64,000 nt of DNA from Chiloscyllium plagiosum. Taxonomy: Eukaryota. The DNA lies in assembly GCF_004010195.1 (NCBI RefSeq), contig NC_057750.1:14301221-14365220 (forward strand), written 5' to 3'. The notes under the pieces are model-generated. The model was not told the DNA's origin and ran no database searches. It saw only the letters and a list, made by a program, of their open reading frames with translations. A program made the position numbers and the translations under genes. Numbering within the stretch: position 1 is the stretch's first letter; the number at the start of each line of letters is the position of its first letter. Below are positions 1 through 13,585 of this stretch, one piece after another.

Positions 1-106
1 GTTTGCTGCACTGAGTTGCCCTGCAAGAGCAAGTGGCAGTAAACCATTTTGCAACAATTTACCACTGCATAGGTTTACAGAACTGTCACGTGTTGAATTT
101 GAATTA

Positions 107-215
107 TCTTGTGGTGCAGTGGTAGTGTCCCTACCTCTGAGCCAGAGTTCCTGGATTCAGGTCCCACCTAACCCAGAGATGTGTCAGAAATGGTCTAAAC
201 AGGTTGATTTAAACA
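107..215 (+). mobile_element. Short tRNA-derived SINE-like element
   Basis: A-box-like gtggtgcagtggtag and B-box-like ggattcaggtccc; a related copy lies at ~41650-41768 (-). Confidence 0.55.
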
Positions 216-440
216 AAAATCTATAAAGGTATCTGTGAAAGATATGAGACAGTGTTTCCTGGTGTAATCCCACAATTTGTTTGATTTATTGAATTCAGTT
301 TAATGACTGGTGCAAACTGAGTACAGTTGCTTGTCCAGTACATCAACCTATACAGTACTGCCTCACCTATGTAATAACAAACACCCCAGACAAATCCTAA
401 TGTATTTCTTGTTTCTAATTTTGGTACTTTCTTTTGATAG

Positions 441-601
441 TATTACTATTCTGTGAGGATATTTGCTGGACAGGAACCAGGAGGAGTGTGGGTTGGTTGG
501 GTAACCCCTGACTTTCATCAACACGATGGCAACTTTGATTTAACTAAAGTTCGCACAGTAACTGCCTCAGTAGGAGATGACCAAGGCAAAGTCCATGACA
601 G
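441..601 (+). CDS. RYR1: Ryanodine receptor 1 internal exon (~human exon 30, SPRY3 region)
   Basis: ttttgatag acceptor; [53 protein letters not shown]; gtatct donor; 161 nt. Not in ORF track. Confidence 0.93.
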
Positions 602-1759
602 GTATCTAGGTTAATATACTCAGTTTTTATAATTCAACTCATTTTAAACCATCAAGCACTTTTCTCTTCGTGACTTAAATTTTAATGTCTTTTAATCCCA
701 CCCCTACTCAATAATTAGTTTGAACAAGTCGCATGTTTAATAACATGGAAATGTTACAATCATTGTCTAAAATTGTTTCCTACAATATCTATTTTATTAG
801 CGTACTTTGTACTGAAGTTTTTTGACACCATTCACTTGGGCTAATGGCACTAAATTAATGATGCAAGTGAGATATGATGTGAAAATATAGCCAGTTAAAT
901 ATCAAATGTCTGAATAAATTAAGATGTGATAAAATATTTGCCTGTTATTTTTAAAATAGACAAAGAGGTGGAAAAAATATAATGAAAAAATATAACTCCA
1001 GGAAGACTATTGAACCAAATTTGAGAACTACGTATTGAGGAAATAGAGTTAATAATGGGATAATTAAAATAACAAAAGATCTAGATTATAAAAAAAGAAT
1101 AAAACAATAATGAGAATCATTATAAAACATGTCTTATCATTTCTTATAATTCCAACCATGAAACCTAAATAATGTGTGAAGGTGCAGCACCTGATTAGAA
1201 AATAATTCTTTTCAGGGAAGTGTTATGTAAATGGATCTTTCTGATAGACTGTTCCAATGGAGTTGCGGAATTTTACTGCAACAATCTGTATTGAGCATGT
1301 AATCGACGTTTCAGTATTTGACCCCATATAATAAAAAGGATATGGAAGAAGTGGAGATGATGATATGCTGATTTACATCAGATGATAGTAGAAATATTTG
1401 GGTTTACGTATCTCGAAAGGATTAACAGACTGGGTCTTTTCTCTCTTGGAAAGAAAAAGACTGAGGAGTGACTTAATAGAAATCTTTAAATTGAAGTTTT
1501 GACAGTGATGTTCCCTTTGAAGACCATCACTATATTACCAGCACTAAGAAATCCATTAGAGAATTTTGAAGAAAACTCTTTATCCAAACAATGGTGAGAA
1601 TGTGGAACTCAGTACCTCAGGGAGTGGTTGAAACAAATATTGTAGGTGCACTTAATTGGGAATGAGATGAACATTTGAGGGAGAGTGGACTTGCTGGAGT
1701 ATGTTTTAGATAATGAAGAATGAAAAGACGCTCGAGTAGAACATAGAACCCTGACACAT

Positions 1760-3240
1760 TTTTTTGTGTTAATTCATGAGACATGGGTGTTGCTGGCTGG
1801 CCAGCATTTATTGCCCATCCTAGTTGCCCTTGAGAATGTAGCGGTGAGCTGCCTTCTTGAACTGCTGCGTCCGCTTTCTGTACGTTGACACACAATGCCT
1901 GTAGGGAGGGAACTCCAGGATTTTTGACTCAGCGACAGTAAAGGAGCGGCAATTTTTTATTTATTATTCCTTCAAGGGATGGGAACATAACTGGCCAGGC
2001 CAGTATTTATTTCCTATCCTAATTGCCCAGAGGGCAGTTCAAAGTAAACTACATTGGTGTGGGTCTGGAGCTATGTGGAGGCCAGACAGGGTACAGATGT
2101 CAGATTTCCTTCAATAAAAGACATTAGTGAACCAGATGGGTTTTTCGACAATCGGCAACAGTTTTGTTGTCATCATTAGACTCTTAATCCTAAGTATTTT
2201 TAAATTGAATTCAAATTCCACTATCTGTCATGGTGGGATTTGAACCCAGGTCCCCAGCAGCTTACCTGGGTCTTTGGATTAATAGCCTAGTGATAATACC
2301 ATTAGGACATCACCTCCAGAATGGTGAGTGACTTGGAGGGGCATTTGTGCGTGATGGTGTTCCCATGTACTTGCTGCCCTTGCCCTTCTGTGGTTTGGAA
2401 GCTGTTGTTGAAGGATCTTGGATGCATTTCTGTAGTGCATCTTGTACTTAGTACACACTGCTACATCTGAGCATCGGTAGTGGAGGGAGTGAATGTTTGT
2501 GGATATGGTATCAATCAAGCGGGCTGCTTTCCCTTGAGTTGTGTCAAATGTCATGAGTTTGTTGGATCTGTACCTACCAAGGCAAGTGGGGAGTATTCAT
2601 CACACTCCCAACTTGAGCTTTGTAGATGGTGGACAGGTTTTGGGGAGTCAGGAGGTGAGTTACTTGCTGCAGTATTCCTAACCTCTGACCTACACTTGTA
2701 GCGTCTGCATTTATGTGCCCAGTCCAGTTGAGTTTCAGATCAGTGGTAACCGTCAGGGTGTTGAAGGTGGAGGATTCAGTCATGGTTTGCATTGTACCAT
2801 GAATGTCAAGGAGCAGTGGTTAGATTGTCTCTTCTTGGAAGTGGTCATTTGCCTGATATTTCTGTTACCTGTTACTTGTCGGCCCAAGCCTGGATGTGTC
2901 CAGGTCTTATTGCATATGAACCTGAACTGCTTCGGTGTTTGAGGAGTCGTGAATGGTGCTGAACATTGTGCAATCGTCAGAAAACATCCCTGCTTCCGAC
3001 CTTATGATGGAAGCAGCTAAAGATTGTTGAGTCTAGGACACTACCCTGAGGAGCTCCTGCAGAGATGTCCTGGGACTGAGATGACTGATCTTGAACAACC
3101 ACAGCCCTCCTATTATGTTAGGCATGACTCCAACCAACAAAGAGTTTACTCCCTGATGACCATTAAAACCATTCCAGTTTTGCTAGGGCTCCTTGATGCC
3201 ACACTTGGTTGCATACAGCCTTGATATAAAGGACTGTCGC
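1760..3240 (-). mobile_element. Degenerate CR1/L2-group LINE 3' part with a nested Deu-type SINE (~1955-2318)
   Basis: Minus-strand peptides LSTIYKAQVGSVM and QGKAARLI match the + strand LINE at 6030-7870; an embedded tRNA-head SINE has B-box ggttcaaatcccacc. Confidence 0.75.
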
Positions 3241-4148
3241 ATCATGTACTACTTGAGCTCAATGGTCTGTTTCTGTGCTGTATATTTTGTGTAATCCTGT
3301 ATTTTACCAAGGGTAGCGTACTTTTAATGTTGATATTGTGCATTATTTACAAATTTTAAACACTTCTCATATTACTCTTAAATGCGATCACTGGGATTTT
3401 AGTAGTTTAATCTATTGTATATTGAAGCACTACTTCAAGGATTTAGGACCATAAGATCTAGGAGCAGAACAGCCCAGCAAGTCTGTTGTGTTCCATCATT
3501 TGATCATGGTTGATATGTTTCTCACCTTAGACCTTGATCCCCTTACTAATTAAGAAACTGTCTATCTCTGTCTTAGTACTAGGCCTCCACAGCCCACTGC
3601 GGCAATGAGTTCCACAGATTCACCACCCTCTGGCTAAATAAATTTCTCCTCCTCTCCATTTTAAAGGGTTGTCCCTTAATTCTGAGACTGTGCCCTCAGG
3701 TCTTAGTCTATCCTACTGGTGGAAACGTCATCTCCACATCCACTTTACCAAGGCTTTTCAATATTCTAAAGTTTCAATGAAATCCTTCTTCATCCTTCCA
3801 AATGAATTGTTCGCTATCATTCATGAGGAACTCCTGATACCTCATTTCACGAGTTCAAAAAAGTGCTTATAGTTTAAGTACCAATAGTGGCTGAGTCAGT
3901 AAATTGCATCTACATCAGATCAAAATGGCTTGAAGCTGACATTTGTAAATGGATGTGTCGATAACCATTTCTAAGCTATTCCCTTTTTAATAAAGAACAG
4001 TAGATTAAAATACTGAACAGGTTGTTTCTTACAATTAGAGTTTACGCAGGGAGAGGATCCTTTGTTCTTTCCCAGAATACTGCACAGCTAAGGTACAATG
4101 CAAAACATTACCTTTGTACTTAAAACACAATCTGATGTGGGCAGTGTA

Positions 4149-4672
4149 CTGGTCATTCTGCTATAATGTGCATTTTGTTATTGCAAATTCGCTGTAACGT
4201 GATTGATGAATTGGGGACACTGTTTCTAAAGCACAAACTTTTAAAGCCTGTATTGGTGGCACAGTGGTTCAGTGGTTAGCACTGCAGTCTCACAGCACCA
4301 AGGTCTCAGGTTCGATTCCAGCCTTGGGCGACTGTCTGTGTGGACTTTGCACATTCTCCCCCTGTCTGCATTGGTTTCCTCCGGGTGCTCCGGTTTCCTC
4401 CCACAGTCCAAAGATGTACATGTCAGGTGAATTAGCCATGCTAAATTGCCCATAGTGTTGTGCAATAGTTAGAGGGAAATAAGACTGGGTGGGTTACTCT
4501 TCGGAGGGTCGGTGTGGACTTGTTGGGCCGAAGGGCCTGTTTCCACACTATAGGGAATCTAATCTAACATGATTCAGGCCTCGTTAATTTAAATAGTGCT
4601 GCTGTTACACAATTTTCTTATGACACGGGGTTACACAAGAACAGAACTATCGCGTTATAGCAGAAACGACTG
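4149..4672. mobile_element. Tc1/mariner (Tigger/pogo-type) MITE interrupted by an HE1-type SINE
   Basis: TA-flanked imperfect TIRs ctggtcattctgctataatgtg / cgcgttatagcagaaacgactg. Confidence 0.6.
4255..4567 (+). mobile_element. HE1-type elasmobranch tRNA-derived SINE
   Basis: ggcacagtggttcagtggttagcac...ggttcgattcc head, conserved core, CR1-like tail ending (ctaat)n. Confidence 0.85.
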
Positions 4673-5099
4673 TACTTAAGCATTAAGTATTTCAGTATTG
4701 TCTCACTGTATGTAAGGTTCCGCAGGTTTTTTTGCTGCAGATGTGTATGTTTTGAAATGGATGGAGACACCAAAATTTAGTTTTTAATATTTATTTTCAA
4801 TCCAACTCTGTCCAACATATGGTGCTTTCACAACAGAAGTGTAACACCAGTTTGAAGCTGTTTCATTTTGCTTTACAATGCAGTTGTCATGTAAATGCAT
4901 GACTTGACAATTAAGCAGTGAGTGTTGCTGGGACTGGTCATTTCACTAATTTCATTTTGGAATTAGTTCAGACCTTTACACAAATTTACACCAATTTCTG
5001 TGTCAAATTTAGTTTCTTAATGCTTAAACATGTGGCCTTTCAATGTATCTGCAACATCAATATATTTGTGTACTGTTGACACATGTGTTCTCCCTACAG

Positions 5100-5262
5100 T
5101 ATTAAGCGGAGCAACTGTTACATGGTCTGGGGAGGTGAATTTAGCAATTCCCAACAAGCAAGCCGCAGTAATGTTGATCTGGAGATTGGCTGCCTTGTTG
5201 ATTTAGCAACTGGTCTCATGACATTCACCGCAAATGGGAAAGACATCAACACCTACTACCAG
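5100..5262 (+). CDS. RYR1: RYR1 exon (~human exon 31)
   Basis: ccctacag acceptor; [14 protein letters not shown]...[29 protein letters not shown]; gtaggt donor; phase matches neighbours. Confidence 0.94.
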
Positions 5263-6029
5263 GTAGGTCAGTTTTTTAACCAAGTGGTAGATAACTCAAT
5301 CAAAAAGCAAGTGAATATTTAGGAAATTAAAACATGAGCTGACCAGTCAGCCCCTTGAATCTGCTCTGTCACTAAGTAAAATCATGGCTGTGTTTTTATT
5401 CCTGTCCCACTGACCTTCGCTATGTTTTCTTTTATATCCTTATCTGACAAAAAAGCATTGATTTATTATTCAAAATTAATAACTGAGCTAATATCTACTT
5501 TTTGTTGGAAAATAGATTGGAGAAATTGGGATTCTTCCTTAGAGAAGAAAAGGCTGAGAGGCATACTGAAAAAAGGTGGTTACAGAGCAGATAAAGAGAA
5601 AATGACCCGACTCATGATTAAGACTCAGAGGGCACACATTTAAAGTAATGAATAAAAGAAGTAAAAGTGATATGAGGAAAAACATGTTCAAGCAACAAGG
5701 ATATTGGATGATTGTTTATATTCAAACAATGTGCAAGGGCAACAGTAAAAAAGCAGATTAGCACAAAGTAATGAATCTCATTTAAAGAACAGGTGCAGAC
5801 ATGATGGTTTGAACAGCCTCATTCTGCACTATCATATTGTTGTGCTTCTGGTTAGGATCTGGAATGTACTGCCAGTGTGTCTGGCAATCAACTTATTCAA
5901 AACAGAATAGGTAATTACTAGGAGAGGAAGAATCCACAGGGGAGAAGGTAGGAGACTGGCACTAAGTGATCTGGTAATTTGGAGAGTCAGCAGAGGCGTG
6001 ATAGAACAAATACCCTTCCGGCAATAGTA

Positions 6030-7870
6030 CTGAAGATGTGCTCCAGAAATTGCTGTTCCCCTAGCCAAGCTGTTCCAGAACAGTTACAACACATCTACCC
6101 AACAATGTGAAAAATTGCCCAAGTATATCCCGTACATAAAAAGCAGGACAAATCCAATCCAGCCAATTACCACCCCATCAGTCTACTCTCAATCATCAAT
6201 AGAGTGATGGAAGGTGTTATCAACATTGCTGTCAAGAAGCACCTGTTCAGCAATAACCTGCTCAGTGATGCCCAGTTTGGTTTCTGCCAGGGCCATTCAG
6301 CTCCTGACCTCATTACAGCCTTGGTCCAGTCATGGACAAAAGAGCTAAATTCCAGAGGGTGAGCAGAGAGTGACAGGCCTTGACATCAAGGCTGCATTCG
6401 ACCAAGTATGGCATCAAGAAGCCTAAGCAAAACTGGAATAATTGGTTTTGGGCCATGCTGTCCGATGGTTGGAGTCGGCTACGTAGGAAGATGGTCGTGG
6501 TTGTTGGAGGTCCGTCATCTCAGCTCCAGAACCTCTTTGCAGGAGTTCCTCAGGATAATGTCATAAGCCTAACCTCCTTCAGCTGCTTCATCAATGACCT
6601 TTCTTCCATCATAAGGTCAGAAGTGGGGATGTTCGCTGATGATTGCACAATGTTTAGCACTATTCCTGACTCCTCAGATACTGAAGCAGCCCCTGTTCAA
6701 ATGCAACAAGATCTGGACAATATCCAGGTTTGGGCTGACAATTGGCAAGTAACTTTTTGTGCCACACAGCGCCAGGCTATGATAATCATGAATAAGAGAC
6801 AATCTAACCCATCACCCTTGGCATTCAATGGTGTTGTCATCACTGAATCCCCCCACTGTCAACATCTTGGAGGCTATCATTGACTAAAAGCTCAAGTGGA
6901 CTCACCACATAAATACAGTGGCTACAAGAGCTGGTCAGAAGCTAGAAATACTGCAGCAAGTAACTCACCTCGTGACTGCTCAAAGCTTGTCCACCATCTA
7001 CAAGGCACAAGTCAGAAGTGTGATGGAATACTCCACACACCTGGGTGCAACCCCAACAACACTCAAGAAGCTTGACACCATCCAGGACAAAGCAGCCCGC
7101 TTGATTGGCACCACATCACAAGCATCCATCCCTCTATAACTGATGCTCAGTAGCAGTAGTATGTACAGGTGCACAATCCTTTATCTGAAATGCTTGGGAC
7201 CAACTGGTTTTCGGAATTCAGAATTTTTCAAATTTCAGAATAAGTGGCAGTTTGATGGTGAACTTTTTAAAAATCTTTCTAAAGAACAGACTTACTGAAA
7301 GTAAAACGGACCCTGAAACAGGATTGAGGCCTGCCAGTTTTGGGCCATGCCTCCATAAGTCCCATCTGAGTGGCACGCTTCAAGTGGGTGTGGACTTGGG
7401 TTAACTGTTTGCATGCCAAAGAACCTTGTTGATAAGAAAAAAAACTTAACAAAAAAACCTTCAAACTTTGGAGCTTTTCAGATTTCAAGATTTCTGATAA
7501 AGGGTTGTCTACCTGTACTATCTCCAAGATGCACTGCAAAAATTACCAAAGATCCTCAGACAGCACCTTCCAAACACACGACCACTTCCATCTGGAAGGA
7601 CAAGGACAACAAATATATGGGAACACCACTACCTTCAAGTTCCCCACCAAGTCACTCACCATCCTGACTTAGAAATATATTGCCATTCCTTTACTGTTGC
7701 TGGGTCAAAATCCTGGAATTCCCTCACTAATGGCATTGTGGGTCAACTCATAGCAGGTGGACTGCAGCGGTTCAAGAAGGCAACTCCCCACCACCTCCTC
7801 AAGGGACAACAAGGGATGGGCAATAAATGCTGGCCAGCCAGCGACGCCCACATCCCACAAAATGAATAAA
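6030..7870 (+). mobile_element. CR1/L2-group LINE, decayed reverse transcriptase and 3' end
   Basis: NYHPISLLS, AGVPQDNVI, FSCFINDL, MFADDC RT motifs with frameshifts; A-rich 3' end. Confidence 0.85.
7166..7515. mobile_element. Tigger-type MITE inserted into the LINE
   Basis: 26-bp TIRs caggtgcacaatcctttatctgaaat / atttctgataaagggttgtctacctg (4 mismatches); TA duplicated on both sides. Confidence 0.85.
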
Positions 7871-8336
7871 AAGCAACTGTTCACTGTAATAATTCAATGG
7901 CTATGAGTTCTCCATGTGTGTCACACTTTACAGAAAGAGATATTTCCTAACTTGAAATAGCCTGGCGCTGAATTGAGGTTATATTGCCTTGTGCTCAGCA
8001 CTTGCACTAGGGGATAATACTATGGCCACAGGAGCAAGCCAGAGAGTGAGAAATCTACAGGTGAGCAACTCTTCTTGACTCGTCAAAACCTAGCTACACT
8101 AACAACTCAGGATTTGATGGAATTGTGTCCACTTGCCTGCATGAGTGCAGCCCAACAACCCCCAGAAAGGTGAATGTTATCCAAGACAAAGCAGCCAACA
8201 TGATTTGCAACCCACCCAGCATCTTCCAAGACGTTGTCCTTCGACAACCAATGAACAATGGCAACAGCATTTACCATATTAAAAGACACAATGCAACAAT
8301 TAAATCTCTTTCAATAGCACTTTCCAATCCTAGGTA

Positions 8337-9200
8337 GCCAGGGAATGGGTTGGCCCACTCAAGGACAAAGAGAATGTACGTGTGAAGCCAGAAGAGGTAG
8401 GTGAGGTCCTAAATGAGTACTCTGTATCGATATTCACTAAAGAGAAGGAATTGGTGGAGGATGATGTCAGGGAAGGGAATGTCGATTTTCTAAGCCAAGT
8501 TGTGCATCTTTAAAAGTATTAAGATAAGTAAGTTCCCGGCTCCTGATGGGATCTATCCCAAAATATTGAGGGAGGCAAGAGAACAAATTGCTGGAGTATT
8601 GACAGACATCTTTATGTCCTGTTTGGCACAGGTGAGGTCTCAGGGACTGGAGAGTAGCTAATGCTGTCACATTTTTTAAAAAGGGTAACAGGGATAATCC
8701 AGGAAATTACAGGCCTTATGAGCCTCCTGTCAGTGGTAGGGAAATTATTAGAAAAGATTTTCGGAGGAGATTTATAAGCATTTAGAAGCAAAGGAATGAT
8801 CAGTTATAAATAACATGGTTTTGTGTGGGGAAGGTCGTGCCTCACTAACTTGATCAAGGTTTTTGAGCAGGTGACAAATATGATTGATGTTGTCTATGTG
8901 GAGGTGAAAGGTGAAGTTTCATGGTATCAGGGATGAGCTGGCAAGCTGGATACAGAACTGGTTAATCATAGGAGAGAGAGGAAGGATGTTTTTCGGAATG
9001 GAGGGCCATGACGAATGGTGTTCTATAGGGATCAGGGCTTCGTCCTCTGCTGCTTGTGATCTACAGAAACGATTTGGAGGAAAACATAACTGATCTAATT
9101 ACTAAGTCTGCGGACGGTACAAAGATTAGTAGAGTTGCGGATAGTGAGGAGGATTATCAGCAGATACAGCAGGGCATAGATCAGTTTGAGGCACGGGCAG
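8337..9200 (+). mobile_element. CR1 LINE ORF2 fragment
   Basis: Decayed PDGIYP..LRE, DWRVANA, KKG.RDNPGNYRP, GRSCLTNL motifs. Confidence 0.8.
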
Positions 9201-10389
9201 AACCTCTTCTCAAGTTCCCAATGAACGTACCATAAGGGTAAAAAGGCCCTCGCCACAATTAATCATGTCGAGGAGTGTACTTATAGCCCTAAAAGATTTG
9301 GTTCTTAGAAACCTTGAGTGCATTCCTAATTAAGCCATCCTCGTTGTCCCCTTTTAGCCTCAGCTGCAGCCTACCTCTCCTAGTGAGACTGTTGGTTGAC
9401 TGGTGTGATGAGTTATCTATCTTAACTGGGCCTCCCACTCTGTTGTACTTAATTGGCCTTTTCCATAAAATCGCATCAGGGCAATGGATGTCAGATACCG
9501 GCATGTTCAGAAACCAGAAACTGGTCTGCTATTGGGTCCTTTATGCCTCTAAAAATGTTTGTCCACTAGTCACTTCTTCCAAATTTAATGAGCTCCTATG
9601 TAGAGTATAATGAAATGCATTTTTGAAATCCATTTACCTGTGGGCATTCCCTTTCTACTACTTCAGTCTATTTGTTGAATTACTCATGACTGTTCCATTT
9701 TCAGTAATTAGTTCTCCCTTTTTCTTAAAAAACTTACCTTTTTTTAAACCATTTATACAATTGTTGTCCTCATTTTACCTAACTTGATCTCTCTTGCCGC
9801 CAATGTGAAGTATCTTGAGGAATATTGTTATTGGTGTTACACGTTATGTGGAAATAGAGGTGTTATGAACTGATAGTCACAAGGTCCAGGCTGATGCTTT
9901 AGGGAAATGGTTTCAGATCCTACCACAGCAGGTGTTGGAATTCAAATTTAATTCATATATCTGGAATTGTAAGCTTGTCTCAGTAATGATGACCGTGAAA
10001 TTGTTCTCAATTGTTATAAAATCTGGTGTATTTAAATCTTTCAAGATAAGAAATTTGGCTTCTTACCTGGTCGAGTTTATATGTGACACCAGATCCACAA
10101 TAACACAGTGAACTCTTAACTACCCTCTGAAATGCACTCGCAAGCCACTCTGTCCATTAGAAATTGCTGAAGGGCAATGCTGACATCATATGAGTGAATA
10201 AATGATAACAAAAACACCACTCTGCAAGGTTTGTTTTGGCTGGAGTAGGTGTAATCCTTTGCTGCAAATTATACAGAAGTAACTTGTGCTACTGGATTAT
10301 CATTACTCGATGTTTAAAGAATTCAAGCAAAGCTACTTATCAGATTAGTTTTTTTCCCCCCCTTTAGAAATTCAAACATCTGCTCAGGT

Positions 10390-11200
10390 TATAGAGTCAA
10401 AGAGCATGGAAGCAGACCTTTTGGTCCAACTCATCCACGCCGACCAGACATCCTAATCCGACCTGGTCCTATTTCCCAACTTTTGGCTTGTATCCCTCTA
10501 AACCCTTCCTGTTCATGTACCCACCCAAATGCCTTTTAAGTGTTGTAATTGTACCAGCCTCCACCACTTCCTCTGGTAGCTGCTTCCATACACACACCTC
10601 CCTCTGTGTGAAAACATTACCCCTCAGGTTCTCCTTTTGAATCTTTCCCCTCTCACCTTAAGTTTCAGACTCCTGCACCCTAGGAAAAAGACATTGGCTA
10701 TTCACCCTGTCCATGCCCCTCATGATTTTATAAACCTCTATAACGTCACTCCTCAGCCTCCGAGGAGAAAAGCCCCAGCTTAAATCGTCTGTCCCTATAA
10801 CTCAAACACTCCTGTTACAGCAATACCCTTGTAAATATTTTCTGCACCCTTTCAAGATTAACAATGTTAAAAATCACAAGAATAGGTTATGGTCCAACAG
10901 GTTTATTTGGAAGCACTAGCTTTGGAGCGCTGCTCCTTCATCAGGTGGTTGTCACAACCACTTGCTGAAGGAACAGCACTCCGAAAGCTAGTGCTTCCAA
11001 ATAAATCTGATGGACTATAACCTGGTGCTGTGTGATTTTTAATTTTGTCCACCCCAGTCCAACACCAGCTCCTCCACTTCAAGATCAACAACATGTTTCC
11101 TGTATAAGGGCGACCAAAATTGTACATAGTATTCCACAAGTGGCCTCACCGATGTCCTGTACAGCCGCAGCATCACATCCCAACTCCTATACTCAAATGT
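10390..11200 (-). mobile_element. CR1 3' fragment containing a palindromic Penelope-derived insert (10867-11075)
   Basis: CR1 3' tail; the internal inverted arms each carry a CTGATGA..GAAAGCTAG-like motif. Confidence 0.75.
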
Positions 11201-12169
11201 TCTAATTGTTATAATTTCCTGAATTGAGTTTGAAAGGATAGTGACCTAGTATTTGGGCTACAGCATTTTGATAAGATGCAGTAACTTATATCCAGTACCA
11301 TGTCTAAGAATATATCAATGTTTCAGAAAATCAAATTGACCATTTCACTGTAAACTCAATTGATGGGGTTAAACGTCAGGACATTGAAGAAGAATATAAT
11401 GTAAATCCAATACCTTTATTTACAAAAACTCACCCCCACCTTCTCGAGGACAACTTGGGAGGGGTAATAAATGCTGGCCCAGCCAGCAATACTCACAACC
11501 CACAAAATGACTGAATAAAAAAACAACTACAATGGAAGTTTATACGCCAGTGTGTTTGCAGGTACTCATCTACTTTCCAACTTTCATAAGATTTATGTAT
11601 GTGAATACATTCCAAAAACATGGAAATTGGGAAAATTAAATTGACAGAGCAAGCTAGGATGTAGACTTCATAGAGTCGATTCAAGATCAAATCCTAGAAC
11701 AAGATGCATGGATCAAACCAAGGGTTTGGATAGTTTAATATATAATGAGGCATTCATGTATAATGAAATACTAAATGATTTCAAAGTAAAAGATCCTCTA
11801 GGAAACTGTGAGCATAATATGCTAGAACTTAGCATTCAGTTGACTGAGAAACTTGGATCGGAAACAGCTGTGCTAAACTTAAACTAGGGTAATTAGAAAG
11901 GAGTGAGAGCACAGTTGGCTGGAGTGGACTAGGACAGAAATTTAGCAGTAAAGATATTTGATGATCAATCGCAGATATTTCAGAAAACATTTCATGGTTC
12001 TCAACAATGATATATCCCAATGAGAAAGAGGAATTCTAGGGAGGAGATAAAACCAGCCATGGTTAACCAACGAAATTAAAAGTAGTATTAAATTGAAAGA
12101 CAAAATATACAATGTGGCAAAGAATAGTGAGCATTGGAAAGGGTTTGAAAACAAACAAAAGATGACAAG

Positions 12170-12553
12170 TACATTTTTGCTTGTCACGCAGATGACAAGC
12201 AACATGAATTCGACTGGGACAACACTACTATTATAGGACAAGCCAAACAGAGAACAGCCAGGGAATTCCTAGAGGCATGGCACTCATCCACATATTCAAT
12301 CAATAAGCGCATTGATCTGGACCCAATATACCGATCACTGCAATGGACAGTTGGAACTGACAACCGGAAGCGACAGATTCAAACCACTATAAATGCCAGA
12401 GGAAAGATCACAGAAGCGCTTCACAGGAGGCTCCCAAGCACTGAAGATGTCACCTAGACAGGGGACGAAACGTCTGCAACACAAATTCCCAGCTCGGCGA
12501 ACAGAACCACAACAATGAGCACCCGAGCTACAAATCTTCTCACAAACTTTGAA
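12170..12553 (+). mobile_element. Penelope-like element 3' fragment with minimal hammerhead ribozyme motif
   Basis: GIY-YIG C-terminal peptide HEFDWDNTTIIGQAKQRTAREFLEAWHS; CTGAAGA-stem-GAAACGTC at 12441-12474. Confidence 0.8.
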
Positions 12554-12936
12554 AATACTTTGTATTAGTCTTCATGGTAGAAGACACTGGCATTCCAAAA
12601 GTACTAAATAAGCGAAGGGCAAAATTGGGAGATGAAATAAGTACGATAACTATCACTAGAGAATAAAAGCTGTCCGGTTCTGCACTTAGTGGGTTGCATC
12701 CTCATTGAAAAAGAGTGGGAGGCAAGAAAACCAGGTAACTATAGGCCAGTTAGCTAATTCCTGTCATTGGGACAATGTTAGGACATAGTATAAAGGATGT
12801 GATAGCCAAGCATTTAGAATGCATAATGTGCTGACATGTTATCAGCATGGCTTCGTGAAGGGGAAATTATACCAAACAAATTTACTAGAGCTGTTTGAGG
12901 AGGTAATAAGCAGGATAGATACAGGGGAAGCAGTAT

Positions 12937-13585
12937 TAGCAAGTTTTGAGCCACTCTCCACTACATCAAAGACATCTTGGAAATGACTATCAGACTACTC
13001 AGACCCCTTGGCATCATGGTAGCCCACAAACCCACCAACACACTAAAATAGCAGCTAATGAACTTGAAATACCCTATACAGACAACAAGCAAAACTAATG
13101 TCATCTACAAAATACCTTGCAAGAACTGTAACAAATACTACATTGGACAAACAGGCAGAAAACTAGCCACAAGGATACATGAACATCAACTAGCCACAAA
13201 CAACATGACCCACTCTCACTAGTATCCTTACATATGGATGAGGAAGGACACCACTTCGACTGGGACAACACATCCAACCTAGGACAAGCCAAACAGAGAC
13301 ACACGAGAATTCCAAGAAGCATGGCATTCCAACCGGAACTCTATCAACAAACACATTAACTTGGATCCCGTCTACCACCGCTTGAGAAAAAGAACAGGAA
13401 ATGCCATCACCATAGGAAATGATATCGCCACAGGAAATAACATCAACTCAAGGAAACTCAATGATATAAATAGAAAGCAGGCTACACCAACAGTGCTTCA
13501 TTCAGAGGCTCACTGAAGTTGTTACATAGTGTGGTGGTGAAATGTCTAAAAATGAACCTTTCAGCTCAACGAGCAAACCCACATC
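12937..13585 (+). mobile_element. Penelope-like element fragment (GIY-YIG endonuclease)
   Basis: TNVIYKIPCKNCNKYYIGQTGRKLATRIHEH; flanked by a perfect 15-bp TSD CAGGGGAAGCAGTAT (12922-12936, 13586-13600). Confidence 0.85.
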
